A stretch of 42,873 nt of DNA from NCBI GenBank assembly GCA_043819135.1, contig JBDRFG010000112.1, positions 1-42,873 of the forward strand, read 5' to 3'. The notes beneath the pieces were generated by a model. That model searched no databases and was not told the DNA's origin. It saw only the letters and a list, made by a program, of their open reading frames with translations. A program made the position numbers and the translations under genes. Positions 30,802-41,500 of the stretch are shown here, in pieces. This DNA comes from Candidatus Eiseniibacteriota bacterium (lineage in GTDB: Bacteria; Joyebacterota; Joyebacteria; Joyebacterales; Joyebacteraceae). Each line of letters opens with the position of its first letter. Position 1 is the stretch's first letter.

Positions 30802-32117
30802 CGCGGTTCGAGCGGACCCCCACGTTCATCGAGAGTCCCATCCGCGTTGCGGCCGCGCACATCGCTCTGATGGCGGCGTTCGCGGTGTTGTTCGCGTCCG
30901 GCAGCGCGGCCGAGGTGCCGGGGCTGCCGGGAGGCTCCTCGCCCGGGGGAGGCGACCTCCTCCTGGTGAAGACGGCCAACCTCCAGACCAGGGGCGTGCT
31001 GACCATCCGCGTGGCGGGCGAGTACTTCGAGTCGCTCGACGCATCAGGTGTGTTTGGCGAGTCGGTTCTCGGTGAGTACACGACGGTGCGTCTCGGCGCA
31101 AGATATGGCCTGACTACGTGGCTCGAGGTGTGTGCGGACATCCCGGCCCGCAGGGCCGCGTGGGGGGAGACCCCGGGCGGGTCGGCGGACGTGACGGGGC
31201 TGGACGCTCCCATCCTGGGAGTCAAGCTCGGGGTGCCGACGGGGTCCTCGGTTCTTCGCGTCGCGCTGGACGGCCGCGTGGGCCTTCCGTTCGGCGACGA
31301 GATGCTGGTCGTAGGCGACTTCGGAGACGAACTGCACCTCGGAGGCAGCACCAGAACCGACATAAAGGTCGCCCTGCTCGTTACCGCCGATCTGACGGAG
31401 CGGGCGCCGCTGCGTCTTCACGCCAACGTCGGCTGGGCCTTTCACCGTAGCGAGGGGTGGGGCCGGCGTTTCTTCCCGGACTACTACCCGGCGCAGCCCG
31501 AGGACGGGGACCCGTCCGACAATGACGCCCTTCTCCTGCGCGGTGCCGTTGAGTTCCCGGGCCGTACGGTGGACCTCTTCACGGAGTTTCGCGGTGACAT
31601 CACGAGCGACCGGGACCTGGTCGCTTTCAAAGAGAATCCTCTGACCATCACACCGGGTGTGCGCGTGCGGTTCGGAGCCGGATGGACCACGACGGCGGCG
31701 TTCTCGGTTGGCATCTCTGGCGACGACAGGGACACGCCTGACTTCGACCCGCACGACGCATATCCGGACTGGGCCGCGACCCTGATGGTGAGCTACGCGT
31801 GGCCGGTCTTCGCTGCCGACACGGACGGGGACGGCATCCCTGACTTCCGCGACGGTTGCCCGCGCCTTGCCGAAGACATCGACGGCTACCGCGACGCGGA
31901 CGGATGTCCCGACCCCGACAACGACTCGGACGGCATCCCGGACGGTTACGACGGCAGGCCGCTTCTTATGGAGGACTACGACGGGTTCGAAGACGAGGAC
32001 GGTGTGCCCGACCTCGACAACGACGGCGATGGTATCGTCGACGAGCGCGACATGTGCCCGAACGAGCGTGAGGACCTGGACGGCTTCGAGGATGAAGACG
32101 GATGTCCGGACGATTGA
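30798..32117 (+). CDS. Putative outer-membrane beta-barrel protein with C-terminal thrombospondin type-3 (Ca-binding) repeats
   Basis: Signal-like N-terminus, alternating beta-strand pattern ([23 protein letters not shown]), then three D.D.DGI.D..D.(C)P...ED.DG(F/Y).D.DG(C)PD repeats ending the protein. Confidence 0.72.
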   Translation: MTRFERTPTFIESPIRVAAAHIALMAAFAVLFASGSAAEVPGLPGGSSPGGGDLLLVKTANLQTRGVLTIRVAGEYFESLDASGVFGESVLGEYTTVRLGARYGLTTWLEVCADIPARRAAWGETPGGSADVTGLDAPILGVKLGVPTGSSVLRVALDGRVGLPFGDEMLVVGDFGDELHLGGSTRTDIKVALLVTADLTERAPLRLHANVGWAFHRSEGWGRRFFPDYYPAQPEDGDPSDNDALLLRGAVEFPGRTVDLFTEFRGDITSDRDLVAFKENPLTITPGVRVRFGAGWTTTAAFSVGISGDDRDTPDFDPHDAYPDWAATLMVSYAWPVFAADTDGDGIPDFRDGCPRLAEDIDGYRDADGCPDPDNDSDGIPDGYDGRPLLMEDYDGFEDEDGVPDLDNDGDGIVDERDMCPNEREDLDGFEDEDGCPDD

Positions 32118-32536
32118 GCGAGAGCGGGTCGGGCGGCCACAGGAATCCCGTGCCTACCGTCGACGTCATCATTGAGTATCGGGGCGGGATAGTACTGATA
32201 GAGAGGCGGAATCCACCTCCGGGCTGGGCGTTGCCCGGAGGTTTCGTCGACCGCGGAGAGAGCGCCGAGGACGCGGCCGTCCGCGAGGCCGCCGAAGAGA
32301 CAGGTCTGAACCTCCTGGAGCTCCGCCAGTTCCACGTCTACTCGGACCCCGCCAGAGATCCGAGACTCCACACCATCACCACCGTGTTCGTCGCCCGCGG
32401 GCGCGGCGAATTGAAGGCGGCGGACGATGCGGCGAACGCGCGCGTCTTCGACCCCGCGGAGCTTCCCGCGGAGGTGGCCTTCGATCACCGCCAGATAATC
32501 AAGGATTACATGTCCGGTACGTGGGAACGGCCCTAG
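32114..32536 (+). CDS. Nudix hydrolase
   Basis: [36 protein letters not shown] (Nudix box), RDPR, AFDH. TTG overlapping the upstream TGA preferred; ATG 32102 possible. Confidence 0.92.
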   Translation: MSESGSGGHRNPVPTVDVIIEYRGGIVLIERRNPPPGWALPGGFVDRGESAEDAAVREAAEETGLNLLELRQFHVYSDPARDPRLHTITTVFVARGRGELKAADDAANARVFDPAELPAEVAFDHRQIIKDYMSGTWERP

Positions 32537-32546
32537 AGCAGGGCGC

Positions 32547-33347
32547 CTAGGCCTTCTTCTTCCCCTCGCGATCTTTGGCCTCGCTCCAGACGCGGTCCAT
32601 CGCTTCCAGTCCGACCTCGCTCAAGTTCTTGTCCCGGAATCTGTCCTCGATGAGAGCAAAACGTCTCCGGAACTTGAGGTTCGTCTTCCTGAGCGCGGCC
32701 TCCGGATCCACCGCGAGCGAGCGGGCGATGTTGACAATGGCGAATAGAAGATCGCCGAGTTCCTCTTCGTATTTCTCCTCGCGTCGGTCCGCGATTTCCA
32801 CCCGCAGCTCCGCCAGCTCCTCATCGACCTTCGCGAGGACGTCCGCGAGGTTGTCCCAGTCGAAGCCGACCGCGGCCGCCTTCTCCTGAAGACGCCGTGA
32901 TGTGAGGAGAGCGGGGAAGTCTCGCGGGAGCCCGTCGAGTATCGAGGTCCTCGTCGCGTGGCTCTTCTCCTCGAGCTTCGTGGTCTCCCAGTGGCTGCGA
33001 ACGGCGTCGGGCGTCGCGGCCTCCATGTCGCCGAAGACGTGTGGGTGCCGGCGCCTGAGCTTAGCGTCGATGCCCTCGATCACGGCCGTAAGATCGAATC
33101 GATTTCCCTCTTCCGTCATCCTGGCTATGAACACGATGAGAAAGAGGAGGTCGCCTAGTTCGTCGCGAAGCTGCTCGTCGTCTTCGGCGTCCAGTGCCTC
33201 GAGGACCTCGTGGAATTCCTCGACGAGGTGAGGACGGATGGTGGAGACGGTCTGAGCACGGTCCCACGCACACCCGTCGCCGGGCGAGCGAAGCGTAGCC
33301 GTCAGCTCAACGAGCCTGTGGAAAGCTTCAGTGGGTTTGCCTGGCAT
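32547..33347 (-). CDS. mazG: Nucleoside triphosphate pyrophosphohydrolase MazG
   Basis: LR...GC.WD..QT, EE..E, DELGDLL, RRHPHVFG, KAA.VGFDW, EELGDLLF, KF.RRF. Confidence 0.95.
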   Translation of the reverse strand: MPGKPTEAFHRLVELTATLRSPGDGCAWDRAQTVSTIRPHLVEEFHEVLEALDAEDDEQLRDELGDLLFLIVFIARMTEEGNRFDLTAVIEGIDAKLRRRHPHVFGDMEAATPDAVRSHWETTKLEEKSHATRTSILDGLPRDFPALLTSRRLQEKAAAVGFDWDNLADVLAKVDEELAELRVEIADRREEKYEEELGDLLFAIVNIARSLAVDPEAALRKTNLKFRRRFALIEDRFRDKNLSEVGLEAMDRVWSEAKDREGKKKA

Positions 33348-33617
33348 TCGGCACGTTCCCTTCCGTTGCCACCCGGCGGTACGAACCGGCCCGGGCTGTC
33401 AGTATAGATGGCAGATATGGTCTATGGTGCGCCGGGAGTCGGCAGGCCGAGCGGCGACAGGAGCGTAACGATACAAGACCCCACAATGCTTTTCAATCGC
33501 AACTCGCGCTACGGCGCTCTTCTGCACGAACCGGGGGCGGATCGGGGAAGCCGGGGAACAGGCTGCAATATGAGGATAAGATGCTATTCTGTGTAGAGTT
33601 AACGGTTAACAATAGCG

Positions 33618-33634
33618 CTGGCACGTGGCTTGCA
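33618..33634 (+). promoter_or_regulatory. sigma54 (-24/-12) promoter
   Basis: CTGGCACGTGGCTTGCA is an exact match to YTGGCACG-N4-TTGCW, with an AT-rich region immediately upstream. Confidence 0.75.
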
Positions 33635-33645
33635 TCTTCCGGGCG

Positions 33646-33754
33646 CGAAAGCGGCGTAGATAGGGCACTTCCGGTGCACAACACCCGGGTGCGAGCCGCT
33701 GAGCACGAGCCCTCTGAGCTACGGCAGGAGAGGGCTCGGGCGCTTTTGCTCTTT
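33646..33754 (+). ncRNA. Candidate sigma54-driven structured sRNA or leader (unassigned)
   Basis: AGCGGC/GCCGCT stem enclosing a GCAC/GTGC hairpin, then a 10-bp CGAGCCCTCT/AGAGGGCTCG hairpin followed by TTTTGCTCTTT. No known family recognised. Confidence 0.35.
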
Positions 33755-33876
33755 GACAGCCTCAGAGAAGCACGAATGACGCGAGGCGAAAGGCCTTGCG
33801 GGCCCAAAGTGGCTGTGATAGTAGACATTGGCTTGGCGCGGGGCGGTCTGGACGGGCTTCGGAAAGGGCTCTTGCC

Positions 33877-35073
33877 GTGCGATTCTCCACCTGGGTCGAG
33901 ATAGATCTGGACGCTCTCACTCACAACATCAGCGAGGTGCGGTCGCGCATCAACGCGGGCCAGCGGGTGCTGCTCGTGGTCAAGGCTGACGCGTACGGCC
34001 ACGGGGCGGTAGAGGTGTCGCGCGCGGCGGTGTTGGCTGGAGTCGATATGCTCGGAGTCGCGACACTCCAGGAGGGGATCGAGCTGCGACAGGCGGGGAT
34101 CGCGGCGCAGGTGCTGATCCTGAGCCCTCCGATGGAGAACGAGACCCGCGACATTATCGAGTACGACCTAGCCTGCAGCGTCCCGAGTCTGGGGATCGCG
34201 AGGGCCCTGTCGCGCGTCTGCGTCGACAGGGGGAAGACCGGCTCGGTGCATGTTGAGGTGGACACCGGCATGGGCAGGAGCGGCGTCGGGCTGGACGAGG
34301 CGCTCCCGTTCGTCACAGCGGTAGGGAAGCTGCCCAGCCTGTCCCTGGACGGCATCTACACGCACTTCCCGGCGTCGGACGACGACGCCGACTTCACGAT
34401 ACGGCAGGTCTCCGAGTTCGTTCGACTCCTGACGCGTCTCGAGCGAAAGGGGATAGCGGTTCCCCTGAAGCACGCGGTCAACAGCGGCGCGGTCCTTGGA
34501 GTGGACGCGTCGTTCGCGGCGCCGCTGAACATGGTGCGACCGGGCATCATGGTCTACGGACTGAGCCCCTCGGGAACATCCCCGGGTGACGCGGAGCTCC
34601 GACCCGTGATGACCTTCAAGTCCCGAATAGCCCAGATCAGGGAACTGCCGGAGGGGCACCCCGTGAGCTACGGGATGACCTTCCGGACTCCTGGGCCGAT
34701 GCGCGTGGCGGTGATCCCGGTGGGCTACGGACACGGCTACAGCTGGAGGCTCTCCAACGCCGGCGAGGTGCTCGTCCGCGGGAGGAGAGCCCCGATCGTC
34801 GGGCGCGTGACGATGGACGTGACGCTCGTGGACGTGGACGCGCTCCCGGACGCTCGTGTGGGAGACGAGGTGGTGCTCTTCGGAAGACAGGAGGACGAAG
34901 AGATCACGGTGGACGAGGTGGCGGCCCGAGTGGGCACGATCAACTACGAGATCATCTGCGGAATCGGCAAGAGGGTCACCAGGGCGTATATACGGAGCGG
35001 CGAGACCGTAGGCATGAGGACGCTGACGGAGCGACGCGCCGTCGGAAGGCGCCCCCGGGCCGACGAGAAGTGA
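33877..35073 (+). CDS. alr: Alanine racemase
   Basis: WVEIDLDAL, VVKADAYGHG (PLP lysine), VDTGMGR, GIYTHF, VRPGIMVYG, VGRVTMD, GTINYE. GTG 33877 chosen over 33796. Confidence 0.95.
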   Translation: MRFSTWVEIDLDALTHNISEVRSRINAGQRVLLVVKADAYGHGAVEVSRAAVLAGVDMLGVATLQEGIELRQAGIAAQVLILSPPMENETRDIIEYDLACSVPSLGIARALSRVCVDRGKTGSVHVEVDTGMGRSGVGLDEALPFVTAVGKLPSLSLDGIYTHFPASDDDADFTIRQVSEFVRLLTRLERKGIAVPLKHAVNSGAVLGVDASFAAPLNMVRPGIMVYGLSPSGTSPGDAELRPVMTFKSRIAQIRELPEGHPVSYGMTFRTPGPMRVAVIPVGYGHGYSWRLSNAGEVLVRGRRAPIVGRVTMDVTLVDVDALPDARVGDEVVLFGRQEDEEITVDEVAARVGTINYEIICGIGKRVTRAYIRSGETVGMRTLTERRAVGRRPRADEK

Positions 35074-35220
35074 GTTTCAGAGCCCCCGGAACGGGTCCGG
35101 GACGGCAAGTGAGGCTCGCTTCACAGACGTTCCAACAGAGGTGGAAACGAGGGGTGTTCGGATTCCGTAACTTGACAAAGCACCCGGTGTTGGAGGTCTC
35201 GACGGACACGGTTACAGCGG

Positions 35221-35261
35221 AAAAAAGAAGGTTGACAGATTTTGAAGGCCTGTGCTAGATT
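35221..35261 (+). promoter_or_regulatory. Strong sigma70 promoter for the giant repeat-protein gene
   Basis: A-tract (UP-like) 35221-35229, TTGACA (35232-35237), 18 bp, TAGATT (35256-35261) preceded by TGn. Confidence 0.7.
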
Positions 35262-35551
35262 GCCCCAAGCCCCGAGAGGGATGGGGCCTGCAGAGGCTAA
35301 GGAGCAGCATAAGACTGGGGGTTCCAACGTTAGGAGGCCACCTCTGTGGTGGCATGTCCAACGTCGAAGAGGAGGTGACACAAGGGAGTTTTTCGGACAG
35401 TGAGGTGAGAGACGAATCGCCACCAGGAGAGGTGGCGGGTACTCTTCGCCTGCGGCGTACGTGGACCGCAGTGTGGAGTTCCGGGTTGCGGTTACCTGCT
35501 GACTGTGGGCCGCGGCTTTGGAGTGGACATGCCCTTCTAGGAGGTTGTGGG

Positions 35552-38500
35552 ATGGCAAGAGAGAACCGCAGCGACAGAGGCGCGATGCTTGCGCTCGCTT
35601 CTCTTCTGGTCGTGTTCTCGCTGATGGTAGCTGTGGCCACCCCTGCCGGAGCGTACTACTACGATTCGGACGGGGATGGTTTGCCGGACTTCTATGAGAT
35701 CAAGCACGGCATTCACGGCGACGTCACCGACGAAGGAAACGACTGGGATGGTGATGGCCTGCTGGATACCCAGGAGGACGTCAACCTCAACGGTATCGTC
35801 GATGTCGGCGAAACGGACCCGGCCAATTGGGACACGGACGGGGACGGCATCTCTGACGGCATTGAGGGTCTGGTCGACAGCGCGCAGGATCAGGACACGC
35901 TGATCAACGCGCTCGATCTGGATTCCGATGGCGACTTCATTCCGGACGGCGACGAAGACGTCGACGGTGACGGAGTGCAGGACGTCGGAGAGACGAATGC
36001 GCTCGACGCGGACAGCGACGACGACCTTCTGATCGACGGTTGGGAAGCCATGTGGGGCACCGACCCGCTCGATCCGAACAGCGACGACGACGGCTGGACC
36101 GATTACGAGGAAGTCATCCTCTACGGGACGAACCCGAACGACGATGACACGGACGGCGACGGTCGTATCGACGGTATCGGTAACGAGGACGAAACCGACG
36201 CCGACGGCGACGGCGCGATCAACGCGGCCGACTTCGACAGCGACAACGACGGTCTCACTGACGGTCAGGAAGACTTCAATGAGAACGGCGTGTGGGACTG
36301 GACGGAAGTCGGCGGTCGCCCGATCGAGGGCGAGACCGACCCGACGCTGTACGACACCGACGGTGACGGCTTCAGCGACGGCTACGAGGTCTACGAGCGG
36401 AGCAGTGATCCTCTCAACGGCACCGACAACGACGGTGACGGCTGGTTCAACGGCGAGGAGATCGCGCTCTACAAGACCGACCCCGACAACGTCGACACCG
36501 ATGGCGACGGTCGCTGGGACAGCCACGGCAACGAGGGTGCGCAGGATTCGGACGGTGACGGCCTGATCAACGCGCTCGACCTCGACAGCGACAACGACGG
36601 CATCGACGACATGTACGAAGACGTCGACGGTGACGGCGTGGTTGACGCGACCGAGACCGACCCGACGAACGTTGACACGGACGGCGACGGCCTCAACGAC
36701 AACCACGAGTACAACATCTACGGGACGAGCCCGATAGACGCCGCCGATCCTTACGACGGCGACAGCATCGCCCCGGGTCTTGAGATGTACACCTACAAGA
36801 CCAACTTCGATATGAATGACACGGACGGTGACGGGGTGGTCGAAGGGACGACGGGCGGCACCGATGCGGTCAACAGCAACCTGGATCAGTTCAGGCCCAA
36901 GCCCTTCGGTGACTCGAGCATCAACGCGCTCGACATAGACGCCGACGGCGACGGCCTCCTGGATGGTGACGAAGCGTCCTACGGTACAAGCATGACCGAC
37001 TGGGACAGCGACGACGACTTGGTGCTGGACGGCGCCGAGGTCCACATCTGGGGTACCGATCCTGCGGACGACGACACGGACGGTGACGGTCTTGAGGACG
37101 GCGAGGAGATCTCGCTCGGGACCGACCCGCTGAACGTCAACACCGACGGCGACTACGTCAACGACGGAGTCGAGGTGAACAGCTGGGGTTCGAACCCGCT
37201 CGATCCCGACACCGACGGCGACGGCATCATGGACGGTGAGACGCTCACCGGCACGTACCTGGCCGCCGACGGCGTCACCGTGATGAACTGGTCGTTCACG
37301 GAAGACGACAGCGACCTGGAGCTTGGCGGTGGCGGTGACGGTCGTTCCAACGTGCTCGATACCGACTCCGACTGGCGCGAGTCTCAGCTGCCTACGGGGT
37401 TCTACCAGTACTTCCATGACAGGACCGAGCTGGCCTACGCCGACTACATCTCGGCGAAGAACGCACGTGAGGGGACCCTCTGGCACGTGAGTGGTCTGAA
37501 CCCGGGTAACCCCGACACGGACGGCGACGAGGTCTCGGACGCGGAGGAGGTCGCGAACTACTCCGATCCGCTCGATGCGTCTGACACCGTCAGCAGTCCT
37601 GCCACAGCCGTTGATTCGGACGGCGATGGTCTGTACGACATCGAGGAGTACGTGCTCCAGGGCATCGCGGTGCCGACCATGCATCTGACGGTGGACTTCG
37701 ACGGCGACGGCCTGTGGGACGGCGACGAGCTGCACCCGAACTGGTTCACGCTCGACGCGGTCGCTCAGCCCTGGGCCACCAATCCGCTCGACGACGACAT
37801 GGACGGTGACGGTCTCGACGACGACGTCGAGGTCGGGCTTGGGACGAACCCGCACTACGGTGACACCGACGGCGACGGCATCGCCGACAACAACGACAAC
37901 AACTGGTACGATGCGCTGGACGCCGACGTCGACGGAGACGGTCTCTACGACGGCTACGAGGACGCCAACAAGAACGGTGTCTGGCAGTCGGCCAGTCCCT
38001 ACTTCGAGACGAACGCGCTGGACGGTGACACCGACGACGACGGTATCTACGACGGCGACGAGCTGATCTTCGGCACGCTGCCTCTCGATACGGATACCGA
38101 CAACGACGGTCTCGGCGACGGCCTCGAGGTCGGATACAACTTCGGCAACATCGATCCCTACACGGTCGGCTGGGTCGCTGGAGACGGCGACGACGACACC
38201 GGCACGAAGACCGACCCGCGTATCGTCGACAGTGACTTCGACGGCATCGACGACAACGTCGAGGACGTGAACCTGAACGGCATGGCCGATGCTGGTGAGA
38301 CGGACGCCGCCGACAGGGACACGGACGACGACGGACTGCCGGACTACTACGAGGTCTTCGGAAACGTGGCCAGCTCGCCGTACTGCGTGGGCTGGGTCGA
38401 TAACTCGCTCGACCTGACGGACCCCACACTGACCGATACGGAAGCCGACGGTCTCAACGACGACGACGAGTTCGGCCAGGAGTGCGATCCGAACGTCGGC

Positions 38501-41500
38501 GACACCGACACGGATTCGTATCTCGACGGCGACGAGTACCTGAGCTACGGTACGGATCCCACGAACATGGACACGGACAGCGATGGCTGTGACGAGGGTC
38601 TGGTCGAGGATGCGACGAACGACAACGACAACGATGGCATCAACGATGCCATGGACGTCGACAGCGACAACGATTGGATCTGGGACTGCGACGGTGACGA
38701 GAACTACGTTGACGACGTCGATGGTGACGGTCTGGTCAACGTGTGGGACAACGACACCGACAACGACCTCCTGTCCGATCGCATAGAAGCTGGTCTGGAC
38801 ACCTGGCACGAGTTCTCCGACAACGACCGTGACTTCGACGAGGACGGTCTGCTTGACGGTGCGGAGTACTACCAGGCGGTCCATCAGCCGCACACGGGCG
38901 AGGTCGGGTTCGAGGCTTCGGATCCGAAGCTGTTCGACACGGACAGCGACGGTCTGCACGACGGCTTCGAGCGCGGCATGATCGCGGCCATCCCGGTCGA
39001 CCCGGTCTACGGGGGCACGAACCCCGATCCGGGCTTCTGGGACTTCGACGGCCTCGACAACTCGCATCCGTCGCTCTACGACACCGACATGGACGGGTGG
39101 TCGGACTACGATGAGGACATGGACCTCGACGGCGACAACGCCGACATCGGCGTTGGCAACACCGAGCCCGATCCTCGCGACGACGACACCGACGATGACG
39201 GTCTCATCGACGGCTACGAGCTCGCAATGGGTGGCACAGGGACCGACTGCCTGCTGCACGACACCGACGTCGACGACCTGATGGACGGTCTCGAGTGGGG
39301 TCTGCTGGCGGCGATGGGTCACGACACCAACCCCGTGAATCCGTTCCCGGGTCATGCGCGCTACGATGTAATCTCCGCGGAGATGGGCGCCTACACGACC
39401 GACCCGACGAACCTGGACACGGACGGTGACACGCTCTTCGACGGTTTCGAAGATGACGACTTCGACGGTTATCGCGACGGGAACAGCCCGTACGACACCT
39501 CCAGCGACTGGGGCGGTGTCGGCGAGACCGACCCGAACGTCTGTGACACGGACCGCGGTGGTATGGACGACGGCGCCGAGTTTGGTAACGGCACCGACCC
39601 GCTCCTCAATACCGTCGGTGACTGGGACATCGACATCGACAACGACGGCGCGGACGCAGTTTCGAACGTGCTGAACGTCGGAGCCGATGGCGCCGGTATC
39701 GTGCCGACCGACTCCGGTTCTGCGGACCTTGTCGTCTGGCACGCGGACGTGGCGAACAACCCCGATGCGGACGGCTACTCCATGGCCACCGGTCCCATCG
39801 ACGACGTCTACTTCGCGGCAACGTCGCTCCACTGGGCGGGCGCGCATTCGGCGACAAGCTACACGCCGACGCCGGACACCGCGGACTGGATCCACTACTC
39901 TGCCGTGAGCTTCAGCCCGTCGAGCATCGACGGCTTCGCAGTGGGAGCCTCGCAGCTCGTCACGGTCTCGGTCGATGTGCCCCAGGGCGCGATGCCCGGT
40001 TGGTACGTGGGCTACGTTCAGGTAGAGACGGAGAGAGAGAACGCCAGCTGGCCCGGCGACTGCATCTCCGAGCAGGAGTTGCCTGACGACTGGATCGAGC
40101 TCCGGGTCTGGGTCGGACCGCAGAAGGACATCGACATCTGCGACGACGACGACGACCCGCTCGGTGTCGGCCTGGCGAGTGACCCGTACGACTTCTGGGA
40201 GCCGGCGGAGATCGGCGAGATGCACCTGATGGGTGCGCCGATGCATCCGAACGGCATCCAGGGGATGTTCAGGGTCGCGAACCCGAACACCTACCCCGAC
40301 GGCGACTGGCCTTATCCCGGCCACGCGCCCGACGGGATCAACGACTACAACGGTCTCGCTGCCCTGCCTCATATCTGGCGCGACTGGGATCTGAACACGT
40401 TCGATCCTCAGGGCAACGTGAATCTGACGTACGCCATCAAGGCGCAGTTCGAGTCACCGATGGGACCTGTTGATCCGACCTCGGCGATCAGTTTCGATGC
40501 GCCGCTCTCGGCCAGCATGGCCCTTGCGACGATCGACTCGTTCTACGTCTACATCGACACCTCGACGCTGCCTGGCGGTATCTACGAAGGTGTCGTGAGG
40601 GTGTACGAGGACATCCCGCATTCGCCGTTCGGACCCAACGGGGTCTGGGACGTCGACGAGGTGTCCGACACGTTCGTGCTCGAGTTCATGCTGGTTCTGC
40701 CTGATCTCGACATCGACAACGACTACGGCAACATGGCCGGTAACGAGCTCACGATCGATGTGTATCCGGGCGACGTCGACATCATGATCGGCGAGTTCCA
40801 GTGCTACGCGGCTGGTCCTTCGACGAACGTCGACAGCTGGGACGGTCCCGGTACCGAGAGCATCTACGACATCGCCTACTACAGCCCTACTCTCGGGACG
40901 CTCCAGAAGATCCCGGCGGACGGCTCGGGCTACGTGAGCATCTACCCGAGGCTGCCCGGTAGTACTGACGCGATCGAGGTGCGGCTGAGCGGTCTGATGA
41001 ACGACGTGCTCGTTCTCAACGGTCCGTCCAAGCTCTACCGCCTGACGGTGGCGGACGTGCCGCTCGACCTGCCGGCTGGTACCTACCGCATGGATCACCC
41101 GACGAGTTGGGTGCCCGGCGACGGTACCGTGCCGATCGCGGCTCGTGGTCTTGACACCGGAATGGGCTGGCTGCCTGGCGAGGCCGGACCGGCTGTCGTC
41201 TACGACCCGACTATCCCGGCGGTCGCCAATCTCATGGACTTCTTCCAGCTGACGATTAACGTCGCCGCGATGATCGACGTCGAGTTCGACGAGTCGAGCT
41301 GGAGCATGACGGGCGACCCGGGTGACGTGCTCTGCGACAACGTGACCGTCAACAACATCGGCAACGCCGAAGCTGACGACGTTCACTTCGAGGCCGGTAA
41401 CCTCATCGGGCAGTCGTACGGTGCGGTCATCAATTCCTTCGCAGTCGGCTTCGATCCGGCGAGTGTCACTGTGGCGCTCGACGGCAGCACGTCTGTTGAG

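Noticed and set aside
33772..33782. ACGAATGACGC resembles, from memory, a segment of the enterobacterial sigma54-dependent sRNA GlmY
   Set aside because: Only a short match recalled without a database, no wider similarity, and a distant lineage; probably chance.
33640..33870. Assignment to c-di-GMP-II or another known riboswitch (GGGCACTT...GTGC)
   Set aside because: The remaining consensus elements could not be found; left as an unassigned structured RNA.
33408..33904. Small ORFs in the mazG-alr gap (33408-33596, 33581-33904, 33493-34002)
   Set aside because: Atypical codon usage, no RBS or motifs, and they overlap promoter-like elements.
35172..35200. Extra TTGACA boxes at 35172 and 33753
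   Set aside because: No acceptable -10 hexamer at 16-18 bp.
35252..35551. 100-aa N-terminal extension of the giant ORF in the ORF track
   Set aside because: It starts inside the predicted promoter; the signal peptide and a strong AGGAGG define ATG 35552.
35660..39610. CRISPR array or DGR-like repeats in the repetitive region
   Set aside because: The repeats are degenerate, vary at synonymous positions and are in-frame coding; no constant repeat-spacer pattern and no cas or reverse transcriptase genes.
35537..40372. 1611-aa minus-strand ORF antisense to the giant gene (also 26023-28020, 18703-20757, 21655-23349 and similar)
   Set aside because: Shadow ORFs: GAC/GGC/ACC-biased sense codons give stop-free Val/Arg-rich antisense frames with no recognisable motifs.
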